A stretch of 64,000 nucleotides of DNA from Myxococcota bacterium (GCA_023150895.1 JAKLJY010000012.1:336-64335); one strand, 5' to 3'; numbered from the stretch's first letter, positions 35,329-45,523 are shown. Numbers and translations are program-made. The notes: generated from the letters alone by a model not told the origin.

Positions 35329-36720
35329 ATGCCGACGCCTGCCAAGAAGGACACCCCGACCCAGACGCCGGCCCGCGCGCAGGCGCCCGCCCCCGACGCC
35401 GTTCGCGCCCCCGCCGGCCCGGTCACGGCGCCGGCCGCCCAGGGCCAGGCGAGCGCGCAGCGCGCCTACATGGGTGCGCTCGCCCAGGAGAAGGCCCCGG
35501 CCGCCAAGGCCGCCGATCCCGCCCAGCAGAGCGCCGGCAAGACGACGGTGCCCAAGGCCCCGGCCAAGATGGGCAGCCTCGAGGCCATCGGGCAGTACCT
35601 CGGGTCATTCCAGGTGGCCCGCGGCGAGTTCGCCGACGTCGAGGTCTGGGTGGACGTCCCCATCCCGCAGCTCCCCGGCGCGACGGGCAAGATCGGCCTC
35701 AAGGGCACCTACACCTGCGACAAGGCCGGCAAGAAGGAGCTCTCGCTGTCGGTCGACGGCGGCCTCGCCTGGGAGCTCTTCAAGGTGATCCGGGCCTCGG
35801 TTCGGTTGCAGACGGCCCTCAAACTGTCCGGGGACGACCTCGGCGCCGCTTTCACCGACGCCCTGAAACAAAACCTCTTCATGGTGTTGCAGACGTCGGG
35901 GGTCGACAATCAGGTGCAGGAGCTCGCGCGGCTCGCCAAAGACGGCCCCTCCGCCTGGGAGCTCGCCCAGGCGCTCGTGCCCATCTACGGCACCTACGAC
36001 GCGGCCAAGATTGCCATCGCGCGGGTCGGCAAAGACAAGGTCCTCGAGTTTCACCGCGCCTACGGGGCGTTCTTTCACAACAACCCGAACGTCGGTTTCG
36101 AGTCGAGCGTCGCGGTCGTCGCCGACGCCGAGATCGGCGCGACGACCAAGGGCAAGGGCACCCTCGAAGGGCGCGTCGGCCTCGAGGACGTCGACAACAA
36201 AAAGGCCAAGAAATTCGCCGAGGTCGCCGGCGAAGTCATGGTCAGCAACGGCAACAATCTGGCCAAGGTCCGCGTCGCGAAGCGCCGCCGTGAGGGTGGG
36301 CAGGACGTCGTGAAGCTCGACCTTTCGGGGCAGTTCTCGGTGCCGCGCTCGCTCGCGAAGGACTCGGGTTCGCGCCTCGCCAACGCACGCGGTCTGTTCC
36401 AGTCCGTCAAGGGCCTGTACACCGCCGTCCGCGGCGCGCAGGAAGGCCGCGACATCCCGCAGATTTCCGGCGTCGCCAATGCCCTGCTCTCCGGCTTCGG
36501 CACGCTCGGCATCGCCGGCAAACAGGCCGACTTCCTGCAGGGCATCGAGGCGAATTTCACGTGGACGAACGGCACCCTCTCCGCGTGCACCGCCCGCCTG
36601 AAGAACATCACCCAGCTCGGCACGGGCACCGGTCAGACGGTCGGCCCCGTCGAGGCGAACGTCCAGTTGGGGACGTTTACCGATGTCTCCAAAGAGTTCG
36701 CGGCCGCCGCCGCGGGCTGA
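35329..36720 (+). CDS. hypothetical protein, Lys-rich with disordered P/A/Q/K-rich N-terminus
   Basis: 463-aa ATG ORF with no signal peptide. Unusually Lys-rich for this genome. No recognizable motif. Confidence 0.5.
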   Translation: MPTPAKKDTPTQTPARAQAPAPDAVRAPAGPVTAPAAQGQASAQRAYMGALAQEKAPAAKAADPAQQSAGKTTVPKAPAKMGSLEAIGQYLGSFQVARGEFADVEVWVDVPIPQLPGATGKIGLKGTYTCDKAGKKELSLSVDGGLAWELFKVIRASVRLQTALKLSGDDLGAAFTDALKQNLFMVLQTSGVDNQVQELARLAKDGPSAWELAQALVPIYGTYDAAKIAIARVGKDKVLEFHRAYGAFFHNNPNVGFESSVAVVADAEIGATTKGKGTLEGRVGLEDVDNKKAKKFAEVAGEVMVSNGNNLAKVRVAKRRREGGQDVVKLDLSGQFSVPRSLAKDSGSRLANARGLFQSVKGLYTAVRGAQEGRDIPQISGVANALLSGFGTLGIAGKQADFLQGIEANFTWTNGTLSACTARLKNITQLGTGTGQTVGPVEANVQLGTFTDVSKEFAAAAAG

Positions 36721-36737
36721 GAAAGGTCGGATCGAGA

Positions 36738-37214
36738 ATGACTGGCACCTACGCCCACAAGCTCGTGGGCGAACCCCTCGAATTCGGCGCCGTGAACGGG
36801 GGCGAACCCTTCCCCGTCGTGCTCGCGCGCCTCGACGTCTATCGCCCCGCCGGCGGCGAGGCCCTCCCCGCCGTGCACGCCCTGCTCGACGTCGACTACG
36901 AGACGTACGTTCGCATGGACGAAGCCGGCGCCTTCGGCTTCTCCCTCTTCTCCGTCGATCCGGCGACGGCGAACGCACAGTTCACCAACGCCCGCGACCT
37001 CGAGCTCACGCTGCGCGCCGACGCGGCCCTTCTCCCGGGCGACGCGGCGAGCATGAGCGACGGCGCGCTTCTCGACGCGATGCTCGCCGGCCTCACCGAC
37101 GATCCCGACCGCTTCCTCGACCCCAACGCCTGGCAATGGCTCAGCGTGTTGCAGGCAGCCACTCCGGGCGGTCCGGCCCTCTCGGGCATCCGCTCGAAGT
37201 TTCCGCCCCGCTGA
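36738..37214 (+). CDS. hypothetical protein
   Basis: The ATG lies 18 nt after the upstream stop. 158 aa. Start is the internal Met of track ORF 36561..37214. Confidence 0.45.
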   Translation: MTGTYAHKLVGEPLEFGAVNGGEPFPVVLARLDVYRPAGGEALPAVHALLDVDYETYVRMDEAGAFGFSLFSVDPATANAQFTNARDLELTLRADAALLPGDAASMSDGALLDAMLAGLTDDPDRFLDPNAWQWLSVLQAATPGGPALSGIRSKFPPR

Positions 37215-37260
37215 CCACCACGCCCGATCGAACACACCCCCGAAAGACACGAACGCAGCC

Positions 37261-38295
37261 ATGACCGCCCACGCGACCGACGCCGAACTCCCCATCCTCG
37301 ATTTCGTCCTGACGAACTACAAGAACTTCAACGCCCGTGCCACGCGGGACGCGCTGATCGCTTACTGGCGACACATTCAGGGCGGCGGCAAGATGTTCTG
37401 GGCGGTCGCCGGCGCGATGTCGTCGGCGCAGCTCGGCATCACGCTCGCCCCGGCCATTCGCGCCGGCCTGATCCACGGCCTGAGCGTCACGGGGGCCAAC
37501 CTCGAGGAGTCCCTCTTCCGCCTGGTCGCCCACCACGGCTACAAAGACTTCCCCGACTACCGCTACTTCACCAAGGACGACGACACGCGCATCCTCGAGG
37601 ACCGCATGCGGCGGGTGACGGACACGAGTATCCCCGAGGATGAAGCGTTCCGGGCCGTCGAACAGGTCATCGTCCCGATGTGGACGCAGGCGACGGCCTC
37701 GGGCGAGCGCCGGTTCTGGCACGAGTACTTCTACGATCTCATCCAGCAGATCGGGCCGGATAAACACGAGGGCAATCCCGACGAGTGCTGGCTGCTGGCG
37801 GCGGCGAAGGCCGGCCTGCCCGTCGTCGTGCCCGGCTGCGAAGACTCCACCTTCGGCAACATCTTCGCCAGTCACGTCAAGCTCGGCGAGTGTTCGGCGT
37901 CGATCGTCAAGTCCGGCATCGAATACATGGCGGCCTTCTACGACCAATACAAGGTCCTCTCGGAGGGGGCCGGGGTCGGCTTCTTCCAGATTGGCGGCGG
38001 CATCGCGGGGGACTTCCCCATCTGCGTCGTCCCGTCCATCAAGTACGATCTCGCCGAGCCCGTGAAGCCCTGGGCCTACTTCTGCCAGATCTCCGACAGC
38101 ACGACGTCCTATGGCTCGTACTCGGGCGCGACGCCCAACGAGAAGATCACCTGGGACAAACTGACGCGCGATACGCCGATGTTCGTCATCGAGTCGGACG
38201 CGACCATCGTCGCGCCGTTGCTCCTGCGCGCGCTGCTCGAGTGCAAGGCGCACCCCGAGGCCGCCGACGCCCTCATCGCCCGCCGCCTGGGCTGA
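37261..38295 (+). CDS. deoxyhypusine synthase family protein (DHS-like)
   Basis: KMFWAVAGAMSSAQLGITLAPAIRAGLIHGLSVTGANLEE and FQIGGGIAGDFP resemble the DHS (PF01916) NAD/spermidine-binding blocks. Confidence 0.65.
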   Translation: MTAHATDAELPILDFVLTNYKNFNARATRDALIAYWRHIQGGGKMFWAVAGAMSSAQLGITLAPAIRAGLIHGLSVTGANLEESLFRLVAHHGYKDFPDYRYFTKDDDTRILEDRMRRVTDTSIPEDEAFRAVEQVIVPMWTQATASGERRFWHEYFYDLIQQIGPDKHEGNPDECWLLAAAKAGLPVVVPGCEDSTFGNIFASHVKLGECSASIVKSGIEYMAAFYDQYKVLSEGAGVGFFQIGGGIAGDFPICVVPSIKYDLAEPVKPWAYFCQISDSTTSYGSYSGATPNEKITWDKLTRDTPMFVIESDATIVAPLLLRALLECKAHPEAADALIARRLG

Positions 38296-38322
38296 GCGCC
38301 CGACGGCGGGTCGCCCGCCGGT

Positions 38323-39585
38323 TCACAGGCCGCAGCGCAGGGGGACGGCCGCCGAGTCGACGACGGTGCCGTCGACATTGACGAACGCGAACGTCGCATC
38401 GGTCGCCGTCACCGTCACGCGCAGCGCCCCGGCGCGGTCCCGATAGCGGAACTGGGACTCGGGCAGCGGCGTCTCGGCGAAGGTGTGCGTGCGCGCGCCG
38501 CCGCTCAGACCGATGATGAAGTACGGCACGCCCTCGACGCTCAGGCGCTCGTAGATGCGGTCCTGACCGCTGACCACGGCATCGATGCCGGCCATCGCGA
38601 AAGGCCAGCGCATCGGCACGCCGCCGCCTTCCTCGCCCCGCCACGAGCTCGAGTACGGCGGGTGGTGGAAGACCGCGACCTTGAGACAGGCGGTGCTGCG
38701 AGCCACCGCCGCCTGGAACCACTGCCCCTGCACGCTCTCCCAGGTGTTCCCGTCGGGCTCGCGGGCGTCGCTGCTCAGGACGAAGAGGTGCACGACCCCG
38801 AGATTGACGTCGTAGTAGCGCTCGTTGCCGGGCAGGGTGAAGAAGTCGAGGAACGGTTGCGCGTTCTCGGTCAGCCAGTCGGCGTCACCGAGCGCCGGCC
38901 AGAAACGGTTGTCGTCCGAACCGCCGCCGAAGCTGCCCGCGTACTCGCCGATGAACTCGCCGAAGTACTGACCGACGTTGCGGTCGATGGTGTCGGCGGC
39001 CCCGGCGGGCATGTTGTTGTCGCCGGCGGTGACCACGAACGCCGGCTCGAAGGTGCGGATGAGATCGGCGACGACGCCCTCGCCGCGGGTGTTGCCGCCG
39101 TAGTCGCTGACCATCGCGAAGACGAGCGGCGTCTCGCGGCAGGTGAGCGTCTCGACGTCCGGGCAGAATGGCACCGCCTCGGCATCGCAGATGCGGCTGC
39201 TGTCGACGAGGCAGTCCGCGCGACGCGCGACGCAGCCGTTGCCGATGATGCGCCCCTCGTCGACCCGGCGATCGCAGTCGTCGTCGAGGCCGTTGCACAC
39301 CTCGGGTACGGGGTCGTCGCAGGCGGGTCCGAGGGCCGCGTCGGGCACCGGCGCCGGCGGGGCGGCGTCGAGCACGGGCAGCGGTGGCCCGGTGTCGAGG
39401 AATGGCAGAAAGGCGTCCGCTCGCAACGCGTCGGGCTCGGGGGCCGCGTCCGGGAGCGCGTCGAGGTCGATGAGCGGGCCGCGGTCGGTGTCGCCGCCGA
39501 GGTCGACCCCTTGCGGGTTGCACGCGGCGAGGAAGAGCAGCAGGGCGAACGGCGGGGTCGCAGACGAAGGGCGTATGCTGGGCAT
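38323..39585 (-). CDS. calcineurin-like metallophosphoesterase lipoprotein
   Basis: Lipobox MPSIRPSSATPPFALLLFLAAC. Phosphoesterase motifs VVTAGDNN and FHHPPYSS. CNGLDDDCDRRVDEG metal-binding-type motif. Confidence 0.6.
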   Translation of the reverse strand: MPSIRPSSATPPFALLLFLAACNPQGVDLGGDTDRGPLIDLDALPDAAPEPDALRADAFLPFLDTGPPLPVLDAAPPAPVPDAALGPACDDPVPEVCNGLDDDCDRRVDEGRIIGNGCVARRADCLVDSSRICDAEAVPFCPDVETLTCRETPLVFAMVSDYGGNTRGEGVVADLIRTFEPAFVVTAGDNNMPAGAADTIDRNVGQYFGEFIGEYAGSFGGGSDDNRFWPALGDADWLTENAQPFLDFFTLPGNERYYDVNLGVVHLFVLSSDAREPDGNTWESVQGQWFQAAVARSTACLKVAVFHHPPYSSSWRGEEGGGVPMRWPFAMAGIDAVVSGQDRIYERLSVEGVPYFIIGLSGGARTHTFAETPLPESQFRYRDRAGALRVTVTATDATFAFVNVDGTVVDSAAVPLRCGL

Positions 39586-39638
39586 GACCCCCGCAGCATG
39601 CGACCTTCGTGCCAGCGGACGCAAGCGCCCGCGCAGCC

Positions 39639-40610
39639 TCAGACGGGGAGTCCGAGCAACCAGCCACCGAGCCAGGCGCCAAGCATGCCTGCCACCGGCA
39701 CCGTCAGGTTGTCATCGATCCGATGGCTGAAGAGCTCGGCGAGGCAGGCGACGAAGGCGGCACACACCCCGACGACGGCGGCGGCGCCCAGCCCCAGCCC
39801 CCCGAACGCACCGACGATCGTTGCAGCGAGCGTGCCGACCGCCAGGAACGTGGTGCTGCCCTCGAGGGAGCGCCCGTGCACGAGTTTGGTGCGCCCCCAG
39901 CGGCGCCCGATCAGCGCCGCGGCCGGATCGGCGAAGGTCAGAATCGCCACGGCGACGCCGCACACCAACGACGAGGCCGAGAGCGCCAGGATGACCAGCG
40001 CCGTCGCGTACCAGGTGCCGGAGTTGACCCGATTCCACTCGTGCGGGTGCGCGACCTTGCCGTAAAGGCGCATGACCCGCTCGTTGAAGGCCGGACTGAA
40101 CTTGCGGATGATCTCGAGCGTCCAGGCGTAGGCGGCGAACAGGAGCGCCGCGAGGGCCAGCGCGTCGTGCGGCAGCAGGACGAGAATGAGGAGCAGCGCG
40201 AACAGGCCCCAGCACACGTGGAAGAGGTTGCGCGCGTAGTTCGTCGGCCGCAGGGCCGGGACGTGGATGCGATACTCGCGCAGGGCGTCCGCGAGGGCTT
40301 CGTAGCGGTGCTGCAGGGAGCGATGGACCTGCCGTCGGTGTTCACGCTCCGCCCGCCAGCGCTCGGCGTGGTGCAGGAGGGTCGCCCGCATTTCGGCGAC
40401 GCGTTCGCGAAGGCCGGCGTGGGGCGCCTCCTCGACGGCCGGCACCGAGGACAGCAGGTGCTCGGCGCGCCCCGCGAGGGCGGCGAGACGCTCGGCGGCG
40501 GCCGCCGCGTTCTTCGAGCGGCGTCGCGCCGGGTCGAACTCCTTGAGGATGGCGTGGAGCTCGATGGCGAGGGCTTCGGTACCGGCGGTCAGCAGGGCTG
40601 TGGACATCAT
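39639..40610 (-). CDS. membrane protein, CTP-dependent polyprenol/phytol kinase-like (dolichol kinase family) C-terminal domain
   Basis: Start at internal MMSTALL. The TM domain contains ADPAAALIGRRWGRTKLVHGRSLEGSTTFL, which is dolichol/phytol-kinase-like. Confidence 0.45.
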   Translation of the reverse strand: MMSTALLTAGTEALAIELHAILKEFDPARRRSKNAAAAAERLAALAGRAEHLLSSVPAVEEAPHAGLRERVAEMRATLLHHAERWRAEREHRRQVHRSLQHRYEALADALREYRIHVPALRPTNYARNLFHVCWGLFALLLILVLLPHDALALAALLFAAYAWTLEIIRKFSPAFNERVMRLYGKVAHPHEWNRVNSGTWYATALVILALSASSLVCGVAVAILTFADPAAALIGRRWGRTKLVHGRSLEGSTTFLAVGTLAATIVGAFGGLGLGAAAVVGVCAAFVACLAELFSHRIDDNLTVPVAGMLGAWLGGWLLGLPV

Positions 40611-40730
40611 GCACTCGTTCGGGGTGGGCGGCCGCGGCCGCGTGCCATGCGCCGACGTGTATAGCGGAATCGGATCGCACACGCCAGCGCCCACGCCCGC
40701 GCGCGAGCGGCGCTCGGGCCGTCATCGCCG

Positions 40731-41417
40731 TCACGTCCGGAAGAGCGGTCGCAGCGCATCGAGCGGCAGGCGGTCGCGGACGAAAACGAGCCCCTCCGGC
40801 AGGTAGAAAACGGCGGTCTCCGTGCGGACGACCGGTGGCGCGGGCGGATCGAATCGGGCGAGGTCGAAGTGCCGGTGGATCTCGGCCCGCAGGCGGCGGG
40901 CGAGGATGGTGAGGTCGCCGTAGCCGAAGACGCCCATCGCCGTGCGCGTGCAGCGCGTGAAGGCGTAGGCGTTGCGACAGAGGAATGGCCGCACGGCATG
41001 AACGCTGCACGCGCCCTGCCCGTCGAGGAAGGGGCACGGACGCGCGTCGGTGAACTGCTGCGCGGCCAGCGCCGGCGGGCTGCGCAGCCCGGCCCGGCGG
41101 AGGCGGTTCAGGTAGGCGACCTCGGCCTCCAGTCGTCGGGCGAACGCCGGCCGGGTGAAGCGGTCCTCGTCGGAGAACCAGAGTCGCAGCAGCTCGACGA
41201 CGCCGACGAGCAGAGGCTGATGGCAGCAGGTGCTGCACCCCGCCGCGCAGGCCGGCGCGCGCCCCGCGAGCGCTTCGTCGAGCAGGGTGCCGAGGACCGC
41301 GTCGTAGCGGGCAAGCGCGGCGGGCAGGGTCAGGTCCGGGAGCGCGGCGCAAAACGCCTCGACCGTCTCGAGGGCGCGCTCCGCGGTGAGCGGGCTCTGT
41401 AACGGACTCGCGGACAT
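40731..41417 (-). CDS. YkgJ-family Fe/Zn-chelating Cys-cluster protein (CxxCxxCC)
   Basis: CAAGCSTCC plus additional conserved Cys residues. Confidence 0.6.
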   Translation of the reverse strand: MSASPLQSPLTAERALETVEAFCAALPDLTLPAALARYDAVLGTLLDEALAGRAPACAAGCSTCCHQPLLVGVVELLRLWFSDEDRFTRPAFARRLEAEVAYLNRLRRAGLRSPPALAAQQFTDARPCPFLDGQGACSVHAVRPFLCRNAYAFTRCTRTAMGVFGYGDLTILARRLRAEIHRHFDLARFDPPAPPVVRTETAVFYLPEGLVFVRDRLPLDALRPLFRT

Positions 41418-41447
41418 CCGAGGCGCGCCCGAACGTGAACCCGCGCC

Positions 41448-41873
41448 TCAGATCACCACGCCCGGCTCGGTCTCCGGGCGCAGGCGGCTCTTGATGGCGC
41501 GCAGGATGTCGAAGCGGGTGATGGCGCCGACGAGCATGTCGCCCTCGACGACGGGCAGTCGACGGAACTGACCCCGCAGAAAGATGCCCGCCGCGAAATA
41601 GACGTCCATGTCCGGTTTGACCGTCTCGACGTTGCGGGTCATGTAGTCGGCCACGGTGCCGTGCGGTGCCTGATGATCGAAGCCCTGCGCGAGCAGGCGC
41701 AGGCAGTCCTTCTCCGAGATGATGCCCACCAGACGCCCCGCGGCGTCCACCACCGGTGCGCCGGTGACGCGCCGTTCGAGCAGGAACTCCACCGCGTCGA
41801 AGATGTCCGTCTCCGGGCGCAGCGTGTTGACGAAGTGATCCATGTATTCGCGGACCAGGGGCAGGGCGGGCAT
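41448..41873 (-). CDS. CBS domain pair protein
   Basis: Start at the internal ATG with GAGGAGG 5 nt upstream. Two CBS-like repeats. Confidence 0.7.
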   Translation of the reverse strand: MPALPLVREYMDHFVNTLRPETDIFDAVEFLLERRVTGAPVVDAAGRLVGIISEKDCLRLLAQGFDHQAPHGTVADYMTRNVETVKPDMDVYFAAGIFLRGQFRRLPVVEGDMLVGAITRFDILRAIKSRLRPETEPGVVI

Positions 41874-41919
41874 GACAGCCTCCTCAAGGCAACCTGCCGG
41901 CATCATACTCCAATCTGGA

Positions 41920-42810
41920 TCAGGGTGCGCGCCCTTCGCCGAGGGGCAGACCAATCAGGATCCACAGGTTGTATGAGGCGAGCTGCGCCGCCCCCCACCA
42001 CGTCAGCGCGATGCACTGCCGGGCGTCGGGCAGGCGCTCGCCCCCGGCGAAGTGCCGGACGAGCAAGGCCTGCTGCAGCACGCCGGCGACCACGACCCAC
42101 TCGCGCAGCACGAGCAGCCCCGTCGCCGCGCCGATCACCGGGAAAATGGCCGAGAAGACGAGCAGCCCGGTGATGATGCGTTTCGCCCCGTCCGCCCCGT
42201 GAACGACGGGAAACGTCGGCACGTTGAAGCGGCGATCCCCGTCGATGTCCCGCAGGTCGTACATGACCTCGTACGTCAGCTCGAGCGGGATGAAGAAGAA
42301 GATCGAGAGCACGAGCGGCACGACGGGATACGCCCCCTCGAGGCCGAGGCCGAAGAGCGGGTACAGAAACACGCTGTGCGTGAACAGAATCGACGAGCCG
42401 AAGTTCTTGAAGAAATAGCGTTCTTTGAGTCGTTTGAAGCCCAACACATTGTAATTGTAGACGATGCCGACGGCCGTGAAGCTGAGGCGCAAGGGCAGCA
42501 GCTCCGGGTGCAGCCAGGCACCCGCGGCCAGGCCCGCGACCATCATGCCCCAGCCGAGACCTTCGACCGCGCGCTTGTGGGCCGCGACGGCCTCGGCGCC
42601 GGCGATGCCATTGGCGAGATCCTCTTCGAGATCCGTCGCCTTGTTCATCCAGTTCACGATGAACCAGTCCCAGACGGCCACCGCGCCGATGAAGAGCAGC
42701 GCCCCCGTGTGCGCACCCTGGAAGATCCACCCGTAGGTGATCGTCGACGCGAAGATGATGGCCAGGATGTGCGGGCGGGCGACGCTCGCCCAGAGGCGCA
42801 GGGGCGTCAC
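41920..42810 (-). CDS. UbiA-family prenyltransferase
   Basis: About 8 TM helices. Asp-rich motifs NKATDLEEDLANG and YDLRDIDGD. The GTG start overlaps the upstream stop (GTGA). Confidence 0.7.
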   Translation of the reverse strand: MTPLRLWASVARPHILAIIFASTITYGWIFQGAHTGALLFIGAVAVWDWFIVNWMNKATDLEEDLANGIAGAEAVAAHKRAVEGLGWGMMVAGLAAGAWLHPELLPLRLSFTAVGIVYNYNVLGFKRLKERYFFKNFGSSILFTHSVFLYPLFGLGLEGAYPVVPLVLSIFFFIPLELTYEVMYDLRDIDGDRRFNVPTFPVVHGADGAKRIITGLLVFSAIFPVIGAATGLLVLREWVVVAGVLQQALLVRHFAGGERLPDARQCIALTWWGAAQLASYNLWILIGLPLGEGRAP

Positions 42811-44105
42811 GGGATGGCGCTTTCGTCGGCCTCGTGCGAGATGACGCGGAGGTCGGTGACCCCGGGCAGCGCGGCCATCTTGTCGCGCACCTCGTCGGCG
42901 GTGCAGACCATGACCACGAGCAGATCGGCGGGCGTCAGGCGGCGGCGAACGGCGTCGCGCACCTCGTCGGGGGTGAGGGCCTTCAGCCGCGGGACGTACC
43001 CGGCGACGTAGTCGTCCGGGCGGCCGAGCAGGCGGCTCTGCACGATCTGCGAGGCCCGCAGTCCCGGAGTCTCGATGCGGAAGGGGTAGGCGTTGACGAG
43101 GTAGTTGCGCGCGAACTCGATCTCGTCGTCGCGCAGGCCCTCGTGGACGAACTTCTCGAACTCCGAGAGCAGAAGCGCGACCGTCTCGGGCGCGTAGGTG
43201 CTCGTCGGGGCGGCGTTGAGGAGGTAGTACCCGCCGGCCCGCTCGACGGCGATGCGGGCGTGCGCGCCGTACGACCAGCCGCGCTTGACCCGGACCTCCT
43301 CCATCAGGCGAGCCGTGAAGGTGCCGCCGAAGGCCGTCGTCGCCAGTTCGATGGCCTGGTAGTCCGGGTCCGCCGCGTGAAACGCCGGGTGTCCGATGAG
43401 GATCTGCGCCTGCGTGCGCTCCGGCTTGTCGATGAGCGCAATGCGGCGGCCGGCCGGGCGGGGCGGCTCGGGGAACCCCCAGGTGTGGGCGCCCGCGGGC
43501 AGGGCGTCGAGGGGGGCGAGGAGGCGCGCGGCCGTCTGCGGATCGAGATCGCCGCTCGCCCCGACCAGCAGGTTGTCGCGGGTGTACGTCTGCGCGGCGT
43601 GCGAAAGGACCTCGTCGCGCGTGATGGCCGCCACGCCGCTGAGCGTGCCTTGCCCGCCATGCCCGAACGGGTGGCCGGCGTAGAGCAGGCGCCGGAACCA
43701 GATGGCCGCCAGCGTGCCGTCGTCGTCGCGATCGGCGAGCAGCTCGGAGGCGACCTCGCGCTTGACCTTGTCGAGCTCGTCCTGGGTGAACGCCGGCTCG
43801 GTCAGGACCTCCATCAGCAGCGCCGCGAAGGCCTCGAGGTTGCGCGTCAGCACGGAGCCGCCGACCGTCACGGCGTCGCGCTGCGTGCTCGTGACGAGCT
43901 CCGTGCCGAGCGCCTCGACGGCCTCCTCGAGCGCATTGCGGCCCCGTCGGCGCGTGCCGCGCGCCAGCATGCGGTTGGTGACGCCGGTCAGACCGGCGCG
44001 GCCGGGGGGATCGAAGGCCGGCCCCGCCTGGAAGTTGCAGAAGAGGTTGGCGAAGGGCAGGCCGTGGTGCTCGACGAGCAGCAGGTGTTCGCGGGTCATG
44101 GTCAT
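42807..44105 (-). CDS. M16-family peptidase, non-catalytic (no HxxEH) subunit-like
   Basis: Peptidase_M16 / M16_C-like fold with no inverted zinc motif. Confidence 0.65.
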   Translation of the reverse strand: MTMTREHLLLVEHHGLPFANLFCNFQAGPAFDPPGRAGLTGVTNRMLARGTRRRGRNALEEAVEALGTELVTSTQRDAVTVGGSVLTRNLEAFAALLMEVLTEPAFTQDELDKVKREVASELLADRDDDGTLAAIWFRRLLYAGHPFGHGGQGTLSGVAAITRDEVLSHAAQTYTRDNLLVGASGDLDPQTAARLLAPLDALPAGAHTWGFPEPPRPAGRRIALIDKPERTQAQILIGHPAFHAADPDYQAIELATTAFGGTFTARLMEEVRVKRGWSYGAHARIAVERAGGYYLLNAAPTSTYAPETVALLLSEFEKFVHEGLRDDEIEFARNYLVNAYPFRIETPGLRASQIVQSRLLGRPDDYVAGYVPRLKALTPDEVRDAVRRRLTPADLLVVMVCTADEVRDKMAALPGVTDLRVISHEADESAIP

Positions 44106-44142
44106 GGGATACTCGGCAAAGCTCGGTTCGGGCGCGTCGGTT

Positions 44143-45489
44143 TCAGCGGGTCAGTTCGCCCAGCCGGCGCACGGTCGTGGCGAAATCGGAGAGTTCGTCG
44201 GGCCGCTGCCGCAGGAACGCTTCGAGGGCGTCCCGACGGGCCAGCCAGGCGTCGGCGTCGGCGTCCGTGCCGCGCTGGTAGGCCCCGATGGCCACGAGAT
44301 CGGCGCGGGCCTCTCCGGCGGCGAGCCAGCGACGCAGGCGGCGGGCGGCCTCGCCGTGGGTGGGACTCGCCACCTGGGCCATGCACCGGCTCACGCTGCG
44401 CGAGACCGCCACGGCGGGAAATCGCCCGGCCCCGGCGAGCCCCGCGTCGAGGGCGAGGTGCCCGTCGAGCAAGGCGCGGGCCTCTTCGGCCACCGGGTCG
44501 TCGACGTCGTCCCCCTCGACCAGGACCGTGTAGAGGGCGGTGAGCGTGCCGTGTGCGTCGTTGCCGGCGCGCTCGATCAGCGCCGACAGGGCCGTCGAAA
44601 GCGACGGCGGAAACCCGCGGCGGGTCGCCGGCTCGCCCCGGGACACGCCGACGACCCGCACCGCCCGAGCCACCCGCGTCAGCGAGTCGAGCAGCAACAG
44701 CACGTCGCGGCCCTCGCCCCGGAAGTACTCGGCGAGGGCGGTGGCCGTCTCGGCCGCGCGCCACTGGAGCAACGGTGGATCGTCGGCGCGGCTCAGCACC
44801 ACGACCGTCCGCGCGCGGGCCGAGGGCGACAGGCGGGCGAGCAGCTCGGCGGCCTCCCGGCCCCGCTCGCCGATGAGCGCGAGGACCACGACGTCCGCCG
44901 CCGAAGTGGTCGCCACCTGCGCGAGCAGCGTCGTTTTGCCCGCCCCGGGACCGGCCTGCAGCGCGAGCCGCTGCCCGCGCCCGAGCGTGCACAGGGCGTC
45001 GATCACCCGCACCCCGAGCGGCAATGCGGTGTCCACCGGCCGGCGGGTCAGCGGATCGGGCCCCGGGCGGTCGACGGGCCAGTGGCGGTCCACCGGGAGG
45101 GGCGGGCCACCATCGACCGGCGTCCCGAGACCGTCGAGCACGCGCCCGAGCACCGCCTCCGACGCGTGCAGGGCGGGCTCGGACGCCTCCACCGTCACGG
45201 GGGCGCCGGCGGTCAGGCCGCGCATGGCCCCGAGGGGCATCACCGTGGCCTCGAGACCGTCGAACGCCACCACCTCGGCCAGCGTCTCGCCGCCGAGCCT
45301 TACCCGTGCGCCCAGGCGTGCGCCCCCCCACGCGACCCGCACGGCGTTGCCGACGACCGCCAGGACACTGCCCGGCGCCGGACTCGCCCCTGCCTCCAGG
45401 GCGGCGGTCAGGGCGCGCACGTCGCGCAGCGAGGCGGGAAAGGGTCGGCTCTGCATCGGAGGCGCATGCTGCCCCGCCCCCACGCGCAT
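44143..45489 (-). CDS. FliI/YscN-family (type III secretion / flagellar-type) ATPase, orphan
   Basis: N-terminal beta-barrel-like domain. Walker A GPGAGKTTLL. DVLLLLDSLTRVARAVRVVGVSRGEPATRRGFPPSLSTALSALIERAG and TALYTVLVEGDDVDDPVAEEARALLDGHLALD closely follow FliI/YscN signature blocks. Start at an ATG with GAGGA upstream. Alternatives are GTG 45519 and ATG 45456. Confidence 0.7.
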   Translation of the reverse strand: MRVGAGQHAPPMQSRPFPASLRDVRALTAALEAGASPAPGSVLAVVGNAVRVAWGGARLGARVRLGGETLAEVVAFDGLEATVMPLGAMRGLTAGAPVTVEASEPALHASEAVLGRVLDGLGTPVDGGPPLPVDRHWPVDRPGPDPLTRRPVDTALPLGVRVIDALCTLGRGQRLALQAGPGAGKTTLLAQVATTSAADVVVLALIGERGREAAELLARLSPSARARTVVVLSRADDPPLLQWRAAETATALAEYFRGEGRDVLLLLDSLTRVARAVRVVGVSRGEPATRRGFPPSLSTALSALIERAGNDAHGTLTALYTVLVEGDDVDDPVAEEARALLDGHLALDAGLAGAGRFPAVAVSRSVSRCMAQVASPTHGEAARRLRRWLAAGEARADLVAIGAYQRGTDADADAWLARRDALEAFLRQRPDELSDFATTVRRLGELTR

Positions 45490-45523
45490 TGCCAGCGGAT
45501 CCTCGCCGGGCCGCGACACGCAT

